Assembly (NCBI GenBank): GCA_012295275.1
Contig: CM022665.1
Span: forward strand, 23,126,001 to 23,190,000
Origin: Chrysomallon squamiferum
Taxonomy: Eukaryota; Animalia; Mollusca
Reading direction: 5' to 3'
DNA length: 64,000 bases
Shown here in pieces: positions 13,475-27,553 of this stretch. The position numbers and the translations under genes are program-made. The notes beneath the pieces were generated by a model. The model had not been told where the DNA came from. It saw nothing but the letters and a program-made list of their open reading frames with translations, and searched no databases. Within the stretch, counting starts at the first letter, position 1, and every line of letters starts with the position of its first letter.

Positions 13475-13548
13475 AGGAGACGGTATTGATCCCAGGACTT
13501 TCAGGTACTCATGTCTATACTATAATCAATGACTAGCCGTGACTGGTC
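13475..13548 (-). mobile_element. Degenerate tRNA-like SINE head
   Basis: Minus strand reads CACGGCTAGTCATTGATTATAGTATAGAC…CTGAAAGTCCTGGGATCAATACC: decayed A-box-like and B-box-like motifs at tRNA spacing, no intact cloverleaf. Confidence 0.3.
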
Positions 13549-14166
13549 AAAATGCAGAAGAACCTGTTTACACATATTCTGTTTATTTAGTTATCATGAT
13601 CTCAAATGATAATGTCACTGGTTACACGTTGATTAAACATGGTAGATATTGACACAGTCATCTCATCGCATATTTGAAGATGATACTTTTAATATTTGTA
13701 TAATACTCGGAAAAATCTCTTCACACTTCAGAAAATATTTCTATGATGTTTACATCTTCTACGGCACTTTAATCCTTAATGATCAAGAGATCTTGAATTA
13801 TAATTTTTTTTCTTCACTACGTTTTGTTCATCATAATTTGAAGATGTCTTGCAATAATGATCATAAATTTTTATTTCAAACATTCCGGATTAATGAACAG
13901 TGCTCACTGAATAAGAATTCTTAAAACGTAGAAAAATGTTGATAACGTATCCACGATATTAATATCTAAAGCTCATAACGTTTTATTTAAAAAAGTGTTT
14001 CATAATACGCAGTGAGAAATATGAAACAAAAATTATATTTGTTTGGTATCTCACCAAAATTAGTGTGCTCTGTTATTTATGTCCTATCTGGGTAGCTAGA
14101 ACGTAAAGAAATAAACATCTGTGGGTGTCTGCGCATGCATCTGGGCGCACTCACGCAGAGAAAAAA

Positions 14167-14206
<40 letters not shown>

Positions 14207-14401
14207 AATAACCTACAGATAAAGAAGCGATGGAACAATCACTGATAATCCCTTTTTTTGAATTTTGGTTTTTGTTGTTGTTGTTAATATTATTACCATT
14301 ATTACCATTATTATTATTAAACAAAAATGAAATAATAAATAAATAAATAAAAACATTATTTGTTCACAACAATAGCCATAATATACTTCGCGATGTGTTT
14401 G

Positions 14402-14436
<35 letters not shown>

Positions 14437-14446
14437 TTGTCTCTGT

Positions 14447-14525
<79 letters not shown>

Positions 14526-14939
14526 ATATTAATTTAGCCGTTCTTATTTTATTTCACTATTTAATTTTATATCAGCCACTCTCAAACCTCATTCATTCAT
14601 TCGTTCATTCATTGTATCATTTTATTATGTTTGCTTTTAATACTTTCAAACATCCATAAAAACAACTAGCTGCTGAAATACGCAGTCATACCGAAATTGT
14701 AACATCTGTACAAGAATGAATCAAATGAACATTATAAACAGTTGTGGATACCGGTAACGATATTGGTCAGCGTTAATGAGATAGAATTATTCAGGACAGG
14801 TATTGATATTTTAATGATATTACAAGTAGGCCTACTTCTAATTACGCTTTTTCTGCAGGTCGATGCCCTGTGACCTCTGTATGTTAAAAGCGATACATTT
14901 AACACGTTACGAAAGCCTTCATATGAAAATCAATAGGTA

Positions 14940-15560
14940 TGTACTGAATTTCAACCGCAACCAGAATCTATAAACATGAGCTTTATTTCACCAATGTGAT
15001 CAATTGGTCGTGAACGGGCAACAGTAACTACATCCAAGATGTAAAAGCGGCGATGAGCGGGTGCAAACGAGATTTGCCGCGGATCGTTTCCTTCGCTGAA
15101 AAGGTTGGGTGAAATATAATGCAAGAACGTCACACACACAATTACCCGTCCATACGCTGCGGGCAGATGACAAGGGTTTAGTTCGCCTCGCTGCCTGGGC
15201 ATAAAGAGGTGTAACAAAATTTCAAATTAGAGTGTGGCAAAGCGCTAGATCTTGCTAGCTCGTTGGCGGAAAATTGTCGAAAATTGGCAAGGAGGGGGCC
15301 GCTCATTTCAGTATCGCTTGCAGGGGCCCGCTACACCATCTGCTGTTTGCGAGATAAGAGTTTCTCTTTGGCCATTCTCTGATTCCACTTTTGGGTTTCA
15401 ATCCAGTTGTCTACTATTGTGTTTTAATTGGTGAACAGTGCAGTCGCTTTTTACCTCAAAAGAAACTTTAAAAGAAAGCTGAGCCGAGCTTTCACAGCGA
15501 CGTGTAGATAAAGCTACATATCATTTCTAAACTAATGTGCGAGGAAATTAGTAAAGCCAA
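14940..15560. promoter_or_regulatory. GC/CpG-richer island, candidate cis-regulatory module
   Basis: Microsatellite-free and among the most GC-rich stretches of the window. CTCF-like TGGCAAGGAGGGGGCCGCT at 15285-15303 and SIX-type GGGTTTCA at 15393-15400. Confidence 0.45.
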
Positions 15561-16127
15561 TCATCCGAAGTGTAAAGTTGATATTTTTATCTTCCAGGCA
15601 TAAAAATATCTAGGCCTGAACGATGATTAGCTAAATTAGTGTTTTGAAAAAATAGAAAAATTCATAGAACAGTTGCTAAATGTTTAAGTTATCTGAACCT
15701 ACCTGGTTGATGAGATAGACAAAAAAAAAAAAAAAAAAAAAAAAAAGCCTGAAAAAAACAAGAAAAAAATTGAAAGAAAGAAAAAGAAAAAACTAAAAGC
15801 TACAAATAGTTTTTTTCTCCTCGTATAATATCCGAGTTTTAAACTGTGAGAAAAGGAAATTGAAATACAGAAAAATAATACGTCGAGAAAAGCGTAGAGG
15901 TTGCTTTTACTGTTTAGTAGTAGTAGTAGTAATAGCAGCAGTAGTAGTAGTAATAGTAGTAGTAACAGTAGTAGTAATGTTATGTATTCATTGTGAATTA
16001 TAATGTAAATAAGTAATAAAAAAATATATTAACCACTGCAACAAATATGACAAACAAACAAAGCAATTATTCAATAAAAAAAATACAGAAATACAGAAAT
16101 ACATAAATACATAAATAAATAAATACA

Positions 16128-16167
<40 letters not shown>

Positions 16168-16374
16168 AGTGTAATGCAGTAGCTTTAATACTAACAATAA
16201 CAACAACAACAACACTAACAACAGCAGCAGCAATTATAGAAGACACAAGGTAAAAAGATAAAAATATATTTGGCTTGATTCTTCCAGATTAATATCACTG
16301 TAGGACTATCATCATTTCCAACTACATTAAATAATAATAATAATTAAAATAATAATAATAATAAAAATAAAAAA

Positions 16375-16431
<57 letters not shown>

Positions 16432-17680
16432 CAAATATAACAATAATTTTAAAAATAATAAAAATAACATAAAATATTAATAATAAAGACAAGAAAATAT
16501 AAATGTTTTCTCATTCGATCAATTTATTTTGTGAATCACATCAAGTTACACATCTGTTACAGTCATATGATAGCCCTTGATTACTTTGTGTTGTAATAGT
16601 GTAAAGCATACCAGTAGATTAAAACGTAGTGATTAAATATAACAGGATGTTAATTGTTAGCCAGAAAAATATTTATCATTGTTATCATCATCATCATCAT
16701 CATCATTATTTTTCTTATTTATATTCTTATTATTATTATCTTCATCATCATTATCGTTATCATCCTTATTATTGTTATTTTAATTGTTATTATCATTATC
16801 ATCATCATTATCCTTATTATTGTTGTTGTTTTTGTTTTTGTTATTGTTGTTATTATGATTGTTGTTGTTGTTATTGTTATTATTTCTTTAAAAATATATA
16901 TGTTTTTTTTTAATATATGGTAAAAAAAATTGGAACAAAATATCTTTAAATTAATGTACATGAGAGAGAACGTGATAGAACATGGTAGACGTGTATATGT
17001 ACAATAATAATAACAACAGCAACAATAAATAAATAAATAAATGTATAGATATGAACATGTCTATAAAATACGCCCATGCATATGTGCAAGAGCGCTGAAA
17101 GTAACGGTACATGTTGATGTAAATGCTTTAATTTAGAATTTTGACCTTATTAAATAATTGATAATACTGATGACAAACAAGACAAAAACCAGGACGTATC
17201 AGAATTAATTAGGATTGCTTAGGATGTGCTAGTGTAATATCGCGTGTTAAATGATACACACCACTCACAAATACAATAATGAAGAATGAGATTTGGAAAC
17301 CGAGGGAAAAAATAAAAAAGATATGAAGAAAAAAATATGTATTAATGTTATGATAAATGTAAACAGATTAAATATATTATTTAAGTACGTTTAGAAATTA
17401 CTAGCTTTTGTTGTTTTGTACCTTTTCTTTTACTCATATATTAGTTTAAAAATAGCAATAGAAGCTGTAATACTGCTACATCATCAACAACAGCAGCAAC
17501 TACATCAACTACAACAATAATAATGATAGCTATTTTCTAAATGTACATGTATATATTTTATATATTAGCAGTTAACAAGGTTAATTTAATAGTTTCCTCC
17601 AAAAATTAGCCTATAATTGAAAATATTAAGTTAAAATTAGACAAAATGAAATAACAATAATGATAATGATGATGATAATG

Positions 17681-17724
<44 letters not shown>

Positions 17725-17949
17725 TAATAATAAATAATAATAAAGTCAAATAATAGTAATAATAATAACCTGCAGTCAGAGTTTACTTTGTTCTTTGTTA
17801 CATATAATAATAACAGTTCAATAAAAATCTCTACAGCTCGTAGCTTTATTTATCATTTACATTTATTTTGTAATAAAACCTAAAAAAAGATCTAGCAGAT
17901 ATACGAAATGAAATTATGATAGCTTTTGATAACATCAGTAATATACTGA

Positions 17950-18740
17950 AACATGGCTGATGTATCTACCTGTCCGTGCACATGTGTTGATTACACTTTA
18001 TCTACATTGGCGACGGCTAAACCGCTGAGTTCGACAACGCGGTGTATTTATAATTATAATAAACGATAGTTTTCAAACGACAAAAGGAAAATAATTGTTT
18101 GGTGCATCAGATGCGAGATAAACATTCGTTTTAAAACGTTAATTACGAGTGTACAATGTCGGACATTGTTCGTAAGTCAAACAATAAAGTAGGGACCTGT
18201 CGACACTCGTGGCAGCCTGGCCGATTTTACGTGAGGGGTCAAGTAAAAGATTTAATAACGCCTGGGTCAAGCCGATAGTTGTTATGTGACGGTCCGCCTG
18301 TCAGTGCTACGGCTTAATCTACCGTCTACCCCGCCCATGTAATCAGAAAACTAACCAACCCTTTCAAATTACACTCAGAGGGATGACAGTTTGCGCAGGC
18401 GCATCAGGCCTCTCAGCTGGTGCGCTGGCGGAGATAAACGAACGAGCTAAGCAGTAACTTCATTATGAAGTCGATTGAATTGATATTTCTCCGCTTATCC
18501 CGCTGCGCTGAATATCAGTCTTTTGTGAATAAGCCATCTGCACTTCTAAAAGCCAGCACAGCTCGCGATTAACAGTTTATACTGCATAGTCAGGCCCATA
18601 TCGAAACTGGCATTCTAAGATTAAATGTTGACACATGATTCGGTGATTGGCTCTTGTGGGAGTTAGTATTTTTCCTATTGTAAAAGGTGTATGATGCATA
18701 TCCGAGTCCCACGTTAAAAGCCGTATCTGAAGTCAGAGCT
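17950..18740. promoter_or_regulatory. High-complexity island with a Sox-dimer palindrome and an NRF1/Ewg motif
   Basis: ACAATGTC-G-GACATTGT at 18153-18169 and TGCGCAGGCGCA at 18392-18403. CpG-rich, no credible ORF. Confidence 0.5.
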
Positions 18741-19675
18741 AAATTTTTTTTTTAGAAATACATTTAATACCGAAACGAATTAGTTATGTCGCCTCCGTAA
18801 TTTTCTTGGGAAATGTATGCTTGATGTGTTTTACATACAAGCCGAAATTTGTTCTGAAAGATGATTTTAATAATTGGTTATTTATTGGTTAAATATCGCT
18901 AGTGATTTTTATTTTTCGAAATAATTATATCTTAAAAATTAAAATCAATACGTTAAATGAAAAAGGAAATGAAACAGTGGGAAACGAGAAATATTATCGA
19001 CTAAGGAAATACATGCATACCCACGCACACGGCCTACACAGACACATATGATTGAAAAAGTAAATAATTATCATAAAGTAAAAAAAACGAAATAATTTTT
19101 TTATTTTATTTATTTTTTAAACTGGCTGTAATAATATGCAACAATTTTTGTATTTACCTATTGAATAAAATAAAATAAAATAAAATAAAATAAAATAAAA
19201 TAAAATAAAATAAAATAAAATAAAAATAAAAAATAAAATAAAATAACTGTGTCTCAATATATTTCATCTTAGATCAACATTCGAAATGCAGTGCATATTC
19301 AGTGATACTGAACTAATATTATTTGTTAATATTAACAAGTCCTTTAAAACATTTAATAAATAAACAAAAGAAAATGTAAACAGTTTATAGTATACTGCCG
19401 CTGTTAATAGTGCCAAGTTATTTTGACGTCATAGATGCAAAACTCTTCATCACATAATAAATTTGTCATCACTGATGGATTTAGCTTTTAAATTAATTTT
19501 TAACAGTTATTGTTTTTATTTATATATGGCTGATACAGTCTTTTACATTTGTTTAACCGTTGTGAAATGACCACATCAGATACCGTCCACTAAATGAATA
19601 AGACATCACACTTTTAAATGGAATTTGTTTGTGAGGTATTAAGGAAAATAAAATTTGATTTACTAATTTATTAAC

Positions 19676-19726
<51 letters not shown>

Positions 19727-22368
19727 TGTCCAGAATACAAGAGACAAGTGGAAGAGTGTTAATATTTAAACCTTTAGAACACGTCACTTATCAACCTTTG
19801 CTTCTAATACGTAAAACATCTTCCATTAATGGACGGGCTCTGTATTTGGAATGAAGTCTTTCCGTTAAGGGTTATGACAACAACAAAAATGTATATTCTC
19901 TCACAGAGAAGAAAGATGTCACGTCCTTTGATACATCACTCATGGTACGTTGGCTGTAAAGACCAGTTTCAGTTTGGGTGAACTGAAGAAGATTAATCAT
20001 GCAATAATTATGTGACTCTCCTGGCAAGCAACTGACAACGGAACAACAAGTAAAATTAAGTAAAAATGGAAAGTATAAAGAAAAATGCTTTGTCGTTTTT
20101 AAGCTGGAAATGAGAAAAATATTCGCGAGCACTGTTTGCTGCGTCTTCATCCGTGAAATGTTTCCCTTTTTAATATCAAATTTAATCAGAATGTTGTCAA
20201 ATCGGGTTAATAAAAAAAAAGTCTATAATTTTCGTATTAGCGCTGTTGTTTTCGTTTTTTAATCTAGATATGGATGTTTAGTTGTTTGAGTTAGTAAGAC
20301 ATCCCGCAGCGTAATCGTCTTCAGTTCCACCTGGTTCCGATTCAGAGGCAAACCATTATGAAGGTGTTCAGAGGTTAAATAATAAATTAAAACTAATACG
20401 GATATAAAACCTTGTAAAACTCATACGAAAACCAGCAGGCGAAAACATTTCAATTAAGTAGAACAAAACAAAATTAGTTTGTATAATAATAAAGATGATA
20501 ATGCATTCCGGGCTTAGAAATGTCACTGGATTTTGACTTTGGTTTCAGATGAGGTTAGTTTTGATTTATTAAAAGTCTGTAATCTTTCGAAAGATGGTGT
20601 CTTGATAGCTCATGTGAAAAAAAAAAAAAAAAAAAAATACACAACAACAACAAAAAATACACACAAAAAAACCCCGTCTATCATATTAGTAATGATAACT
20701 ATAACTCAAAGGCTGAGAATTTCTTTGTTTGTTGTTTTTTGTGGGTTTTTTTTTGTTTTATCTAATAAAGTGCCATTTACTACACTGCAACGTATAGTAA
20801 GAAGTGTATGTACGCATGTACGTATGTATGTTTGTGTGTATGTTTTTATACATGTATGTTGTTTTATGTATGTATGTACGTAATTATTCGTGTATGTTTA
20901 TCGTGACTGTATATCTGAATAATGTGTTAACAAATATATTTATGACAGTATCAGGAATAAACATTTGTTGTCTTTTTCTGACATTGTTCTAGATATCAGA
21001 TATCTTTAACAAGACTCGAACGTGTGACATTTAACCACCCGTACTAACAGGCTGTCTGTGATACCTCTGGCTAAACTTTAAAGTCCAATTGTATTGTTAA
21101 TATTTCCGAGTTTGGGGTAAATTTGATCTCGCAGAAGTGCAACATCTGCATCTTTGAATCATAGAACATTAACTAAACATGCTCTGATATTTTCAAATCA
21201 TTGACAATATGTCTGCATTTATTTATGAAGGTTTATGCTTCGGATAAATACCTATGCATGCTCAAATGATTTTTCATAAACTACTACCACATAATTACCA
21301 GATGTAGCTGTAATAAAAACGTATCCCTATCATCTGATACGGGAACGTTTATTAATCAGTGTTTATTGTGTGTTTCTTTGTTAAAGTAATATCATGTGTT
21401 AGTTACACAATCTGTGAAATGTGCATGCTGTCAGTAATTTGTAAATGATAACGGCATGTTTAACAGTAAAATTCTAAAACGTATAAATGCAGATGTCGCA
21501 CTTTTTTGGCGGGGGGGGGGGATCAGATTTACACAGAAGTATGGAGCTTTCAACAACAAACGTGCTTTTAATAATGAAATGAAAGTGTTGTGGAAATGTA
21601 TCATATATACAGACATATATCATTTTGTTCCTTTACAGGTAAAACAAAACCTGGAAACTTCACACATGTCAGATCATTGTAAACATTATTTATACAGTGT
21701 TGATTTTGTCAAGCGATATGATGATGACGCTTTTACTAACAGAGGACAGAGAGACAAAACAAAAGAGAATGATATAAATATATATACACACACACATACA
21801 CAGACACATACATACACACATACACACAAAGACAAAATAAAAATAATAAATATATATAAATAAATAAATCAACAAATTAAATAAGTGTTGATAAGTATAG
21901 CGCTAAGCGGAAGTATCATGACGTTTCCAAAAAAGGTTTAGAACTAAAGGATATGAAATCATATATTAGAGTTGTGGGACAATAGCAGGAATGGAAAAAA
22001 GTATCGTGGAAGTTTGATTCTGCAACATAGGCGGGTCTGCTGTTTAACCATAGAGTCGCCTTGTTGCTGATAAGCACGTATTTGGCAGCAGTAATTAAGA
22101 TATTTAATATTCGATTTTGTAAGGAAAGTACTGATGCTTTGTAGACATTTCAAATTATTAATTTTGTCAGCTTCACCTCTAGGGATAATCATTTTTCAAA
22201 TCCCGCTCTTTCATATCTCTCCAGTGTTATTATTATTGTTATTTTCATGTCCGAGCAAGGGCAGCGAGTGCACCAGAAATCAACATATTTTATAAGTAAT
22301 TTGTTATTATTATTATTTAATAATTTCCTAAATTCTGAGACGTTTACAATATAGTTTACAGATCAATG

Positions 22369-22424
<56 letters not shown>

Positions 22425-22504
22425 CCTCCCTCCCCCTCCCTCCCCCTCTCTCCCCCTCTCTCTCAAAAAACCCCTCCCACCTCACCCCCCCTCTCTCTCT
22501 CTCT
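22369..22504. repeat. Polypyrimidine/polypurine tract, (CT)n grading into (CCCT/CCCCCT)n
   Basis: Directly visible. The minus strand carries more than four GGG runs with 1-nt loops. Confidence 0.9.
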
Positions 22505-23269
22505 TTGTAAATATATATCTGTTTATCTCTGTATATATTTTTCTATCTATCTGTCTGTCTTTCTGTCGGTCTCTCTATCTATCTCAACATCTATTTCTGT
22601 CTCATACACTAACACAGACAAGCATACTCCTGCAAAATATACAATAATTGGCATTAGAACTAAATATATAGTTTCCCCTTTTTTTATGAAAGATTAATTT
22701 AAAATATTAATTAATAACGTATTTAATTTCAATATGGCCATTAATACTATTTACATACACACCATAATATTCTAAGAAAAAATATGATCTAACTGTACTG
22801 TTATATTCCCATCTGAATGGACTTTGAACAGCGAGGCTACGTATCTCTGTATAAAACACAGTATCTGCTTGAACTGTAACTTACAACTACTAACACTAGC
22901 GTCATTTAACACCGCGGACTTTTAATCCGAAATCTAAGCGGATTTTTGTAAAAAGCTAGAACTTTAACCAATCAAAATATGTTATTAAGATAAATTAATT
23001 TATTTAATCGTTTTATACGTCCCGAGCGAACACATTTCATTTGCAGTGAAGTTCGTCAGATGACATCTAAAATGATTTCTCGAAGGACATGAACTGGAAG
23101 TGAAATTGTATCGTATATAATATTTATGTCCAGACGCGCCTTGCTTTATTGTGGTATAACAGAAGAATATGATAAAAGTTAATAGGAAATTCAAAGGTAT
23201 AATTAATTTCTTTTTGTTGTTGATTTTACAATTATGTTCTTTTCACGTTATTATTATTATTACTATTAC

Positions 23270-23350
<81 letters not shown>

Positions 23351-24449
23351 TTTTAATTACTTTATTTTATTTAAGAGTACTTGGATAAGCATGTTTGATA
23401 TTCAGTTATACTTTGCTATTCGTAACTGATATGGGGTAATACAGTCAGCTGAAGTGAAGTGGTGTATTTGTTTAGTTATTTTTATTAAAAACTATGATAC
23501 CACTGACATTTTCAGTTAATAGTAATAATCATTAATTACCGTTCTCTTCAAATATAATATTTATATAACAACATTACTAAAATAATCCACGTAAAAATAA
23601 AGAAAAACAATAACAACAATATATACTAATTTAAATGAATCTGTATTAATGACCATATATATATATATATATATATAGGAAAACCGAAACATTTTTGAAT
23701 CTTAGGCAGTTAAATATTTTATTAGCTTTAAATTATGGCTGTAATAAATACATTAAATGATCACATCATTGAGTCAGAATTTTTTTTTTTTTTTTTTTTT
23801 TGAAAGCAACAGGGGTAATTTATATATGACCAATGAAATTAGCCGTCACTTTGGCTAAAAATCGACCGATTTTCAGTGTCGTAATTAGCCCGTGCAGATG
23901 CTCAGGTTTTCAGTTTCAGAACTGGACAGTCTTTATTTGCGATATCTGAGATTTTTTTAATTTTTTTATTTTTTTTATTTCGTTTTTAAAAAAGAAGAAA
24001 TACTAGCAATAAAGAATTAAAAAATCTCTTCATGTCACTCCAATGTCTTAATTTTAGATTAATGTGTTGACTCAAGTATAACATTGCGTGTCCTGTGTGA
24101 GAGTTTCGAAGCCATCTCTCATGTCTGACCGACTTCGGCTTGCGAACTCTTCAATGTCAGACCCATGCTGAGTTCCATATGATTGTCCTCATTGATTTTG
24201 CGCTTAAAAATCTAAAATATCAGTCTTATTCGATACTATCACTCATTTGAAAAAAAAATCCTGTATTAATAATGATAGTTACAATCTGAGGCTGCGTCCC
24301 AGGGTTTAATGAGAATTCATTACAAAAGACCCAACAGTTGACAAAAGGTTGCAAAATCATATCAGTCTCCTTCTCTGTCTGTCTCTCAGTTTGTCCATCC
24401 ACCCACACGTCCTTTCCACCCGACCATCCGTCAGTCCGGCTTTCCTCCC

Positions 24450-24530
<81 letters not shown>

Positions 24531-24669
24531 ATGCGCTCGCTCATACATATATATATAAATATACATATATACATACATATACACATACACATACATTTAC
24601 ATACATTTCCTGAAATCCGGAAAACTGAGGTCCGTGAAATCGAGAATCACCAGTATAGAAATACACACA

Positions 24670-24703
<34 letters not shown>

Positions 24704-25119
24704 TATTTTCTATATCCATCTATCATTTTGTGTATTTATTTATTTCAATATCGCATTAAATATTTATTCTTGTTAAACTATTGTCTGGATTTCAGATAAT
24801 TTCGTTGTGTCAGTAGCTGATTGGCTGACTGGGCTGCTTCATAATTCTATTGGCTGAAAGGAGTATTATTTGTCTTTCAGTCTCAGATTTATTCATATCG
24901 TTACTTGATTATTTATTTATCACACCTCTGAACTATTTGTTGTTTGTTCAGTTGTAAGTATTCTCATTTACATCCACCATTAATTTACCTATTATTATTA
25001 TTATTATTATTATTATATACTCCTTTTTTCACGAAAATCTCTTTATTTAAAAATGTGTATTTATCTAAAAAGAATTATAGTGAAAGAGGATTTCAAAGAC
25101 AAGCAGAAATCAAACAAAC

Positions 25120-25157
<38 letters not shown>

Positions 25158-26313
25158 GCATACACACACAAATAATTGCTTAAGATTTATTTTTAGTATT
25201 GTTCTTATTTTATTTTTTAAAAAGCCCAGTATATGTCAGCTATATAGAATAATCTAATTGGATGTATTTTTTTATTTTGATTTATTTATTTATTTATTTA
25301 TATACTTATGTACTTACTCATTTATTCATTTATACATTTATTTAATTTACTTAATATAGTGTTAATTGGCTTTGGTGGTTGTGAAAGCAATAATAATAAC
25401 GACAACAACAACAATAATAATAAAACTCATCTTATTACGATCACTTACGTGGAATAAATACACAAGAAAAAAAAAAAGAAAAGCAGCAACAAAAACAAAA
25501 CAACATCCTCAACTACAGAACGGCATTATTTTTCTAGAGCCAGACTTCGTTCTGTAAGCTTCCACATACAGAACATTTCAAACTGATATACAATACTTTC
25601 ACACATTAACCAATAAACAAAGAGAACGTGCTCCCTCCTAAAATAAATAAAATAAAGACAACTGCATATGAGACGTTCGCTTAAAGACAAATACAGAACA
25701 GTTACAGAAAGAGGTAGATTTATGAAAAAGTGTTTGTGTAATAACATGACTTGAATATAAAAACACTTACTAAATGTTATTTTTAAATAAAGCCAATTAA
25801 TAGGTGCATAATGCATATTTTGGATATAGATAAATAGATAATAAATAAATAAATAAATAAATAAGCATCTCATTTACGGTGCATACGTGCTTGTGTATGT
25901 GTGTGTGGTGTGTGTGTAATTGTTTTTGTTTATAGATTTTACTAATCATTTTAGATTTTTTTTTTAAATACAAAAAAAATAATAGTAATAAAATAATGTA
26001 ATTAAATTTAGATTTATTTTTTCTTCTTTTTCTTTCTTTCTTTTTTATGCATTAATTGTCTTTCAATTTAAATTGTGTTATTAATCTTTAAAAATATGTA
26101 CTGAATAATAATAATAACAACAATAATAATAATGATGATGATGATGATGATAATAATAATAATAATTAATAAACAAGTAAAAACAAACACAAAAATAAAA
26201 GTGCAAAATTAATAATATTTTTATGTTTGTTACTCGACATTAATCGATATGTCATAAATAATTTATTAAAAAAGTTAAAATATAATAGTAATAAAATAAA
26301 TTACTTAATTCAG

Positions 26314-26388
<75 letters not shown>

Positions 26389-26689
26389 TGTGTATATGTA
26401 TATATATATATTTTTAAAAAGAATATTACATCAATATATATTTTAATGTAATATTCTTCTAAAAAATTTCTATTTCTGAAAAACATCTGAAACACTTTTC
26501 AAGCAGCTTGTGAATTTTTAACACCTTTGAACGTTTACAATATTTTATTGCAGGTGATGCTTTCCTCTTTGTTGACACAGACATATGTGTGGGGACATCA
26601 CAGTTAATTTTTCTGTCTATAAAAACCTGTCATGTGATATTCGAATAATGCAATCTTTTAAAAATAATAATAAAATAAGCCAGGATTGG

Positions 26690-27140
26690 ATCTTGCAGTA
26701 TTGGCTTTAGACAATACATAGAAGCAATTTACTAAAATTGGTCCGACCTTTCACAAGTTAAGAGGCTGTTTGCCTCTCGACTTTTGAAAATCAAGATTCG
26801 CTAAACAACATATCTTTATATCGACTGACAAGTATATTCATAGGAGTCCACGTTCATCCAATATCCAAGGTACCCCCCGTCGACATGCGCTGTGCACGCA
26901 CCCACCTATCCCACCCATTTGTGCGCTCGAGTGCACAGAAACAAGAAGAAACTGTCAGTGACATTTGAATGGAGGGAAAGCCCACCTTAAGGAACATATG
27001 TCTCGGCATTGTCGCAAGTCTTCGCCCCCATATTGTCGCCATCGCTCGACACACTGTTTATATTGTTTCGTCAATTTTCGCCAATTTTCTTTCATCTCGC
27101 TTTAAAACGTGCAGAAATATTCAGTCAGCAATACGTGCAT
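26690..27140. promoter_or_regulatory. High-complexity island, candidate regulatory element
   Basis: CpG-rich. Inverted TALE-type half sites TGTCA-G-TGACA at 26953-26963, and CTGTGCAC/GTGCACAG inverted repeat across 26890-26938. Confidence 0.4.
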
Positions 27141-27181
27141 ACTTTGAAGAACCTTTCCTTCTTTTTAATTTTTAATTTTTA

Positions 27182-27229
<48 letters not shown>

Positions 27230-27503
27230 GTTATTGTTATTATTAGATTTCTTTTTGATTTTTTTTGATAAAATTTACAGTTTCTTTTCTTTTCTTTTTA
27301 TTTTTTTTCTTTTTTATTTTTTTTATTTTTAACCTCTTTCTCTTACAAGCCATACACTGGCGAAAATCGGCGCGTCAAGACAAATATTTTTGTAGAAACA
27401 AAACCCGTAAGCTAAGATAAGGGTTAGAAGTTAAGCACCTGCCTGTTGGTAATTTATATGTTGCAATTTGTTGTTTGTCTTTATTTGTGGCTTTTATTCC
27501 TAG

Positions 27504-27553
27504 GATACGTAACTTTTCCTTGGAATGCTTATTTACACTGTTCAACGCAGCAG
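27504..27553 (+). other. Candidate 50-nt internal exon (non-coding or unrecognised)
   Basis: Acceptor GCTTTTATTCCTAG| ending at 27503, preceded by a long T-rich tract, and a perfect donor CAG|GTAAGT at 27551-27559. Confidence 0.3.

Noticed and set aside
26890-26938. Hairpin as a candidate pre-miRNA
   Set aside because: Only 8 bp plus 4 bp of pairing with a large bulge and loop.
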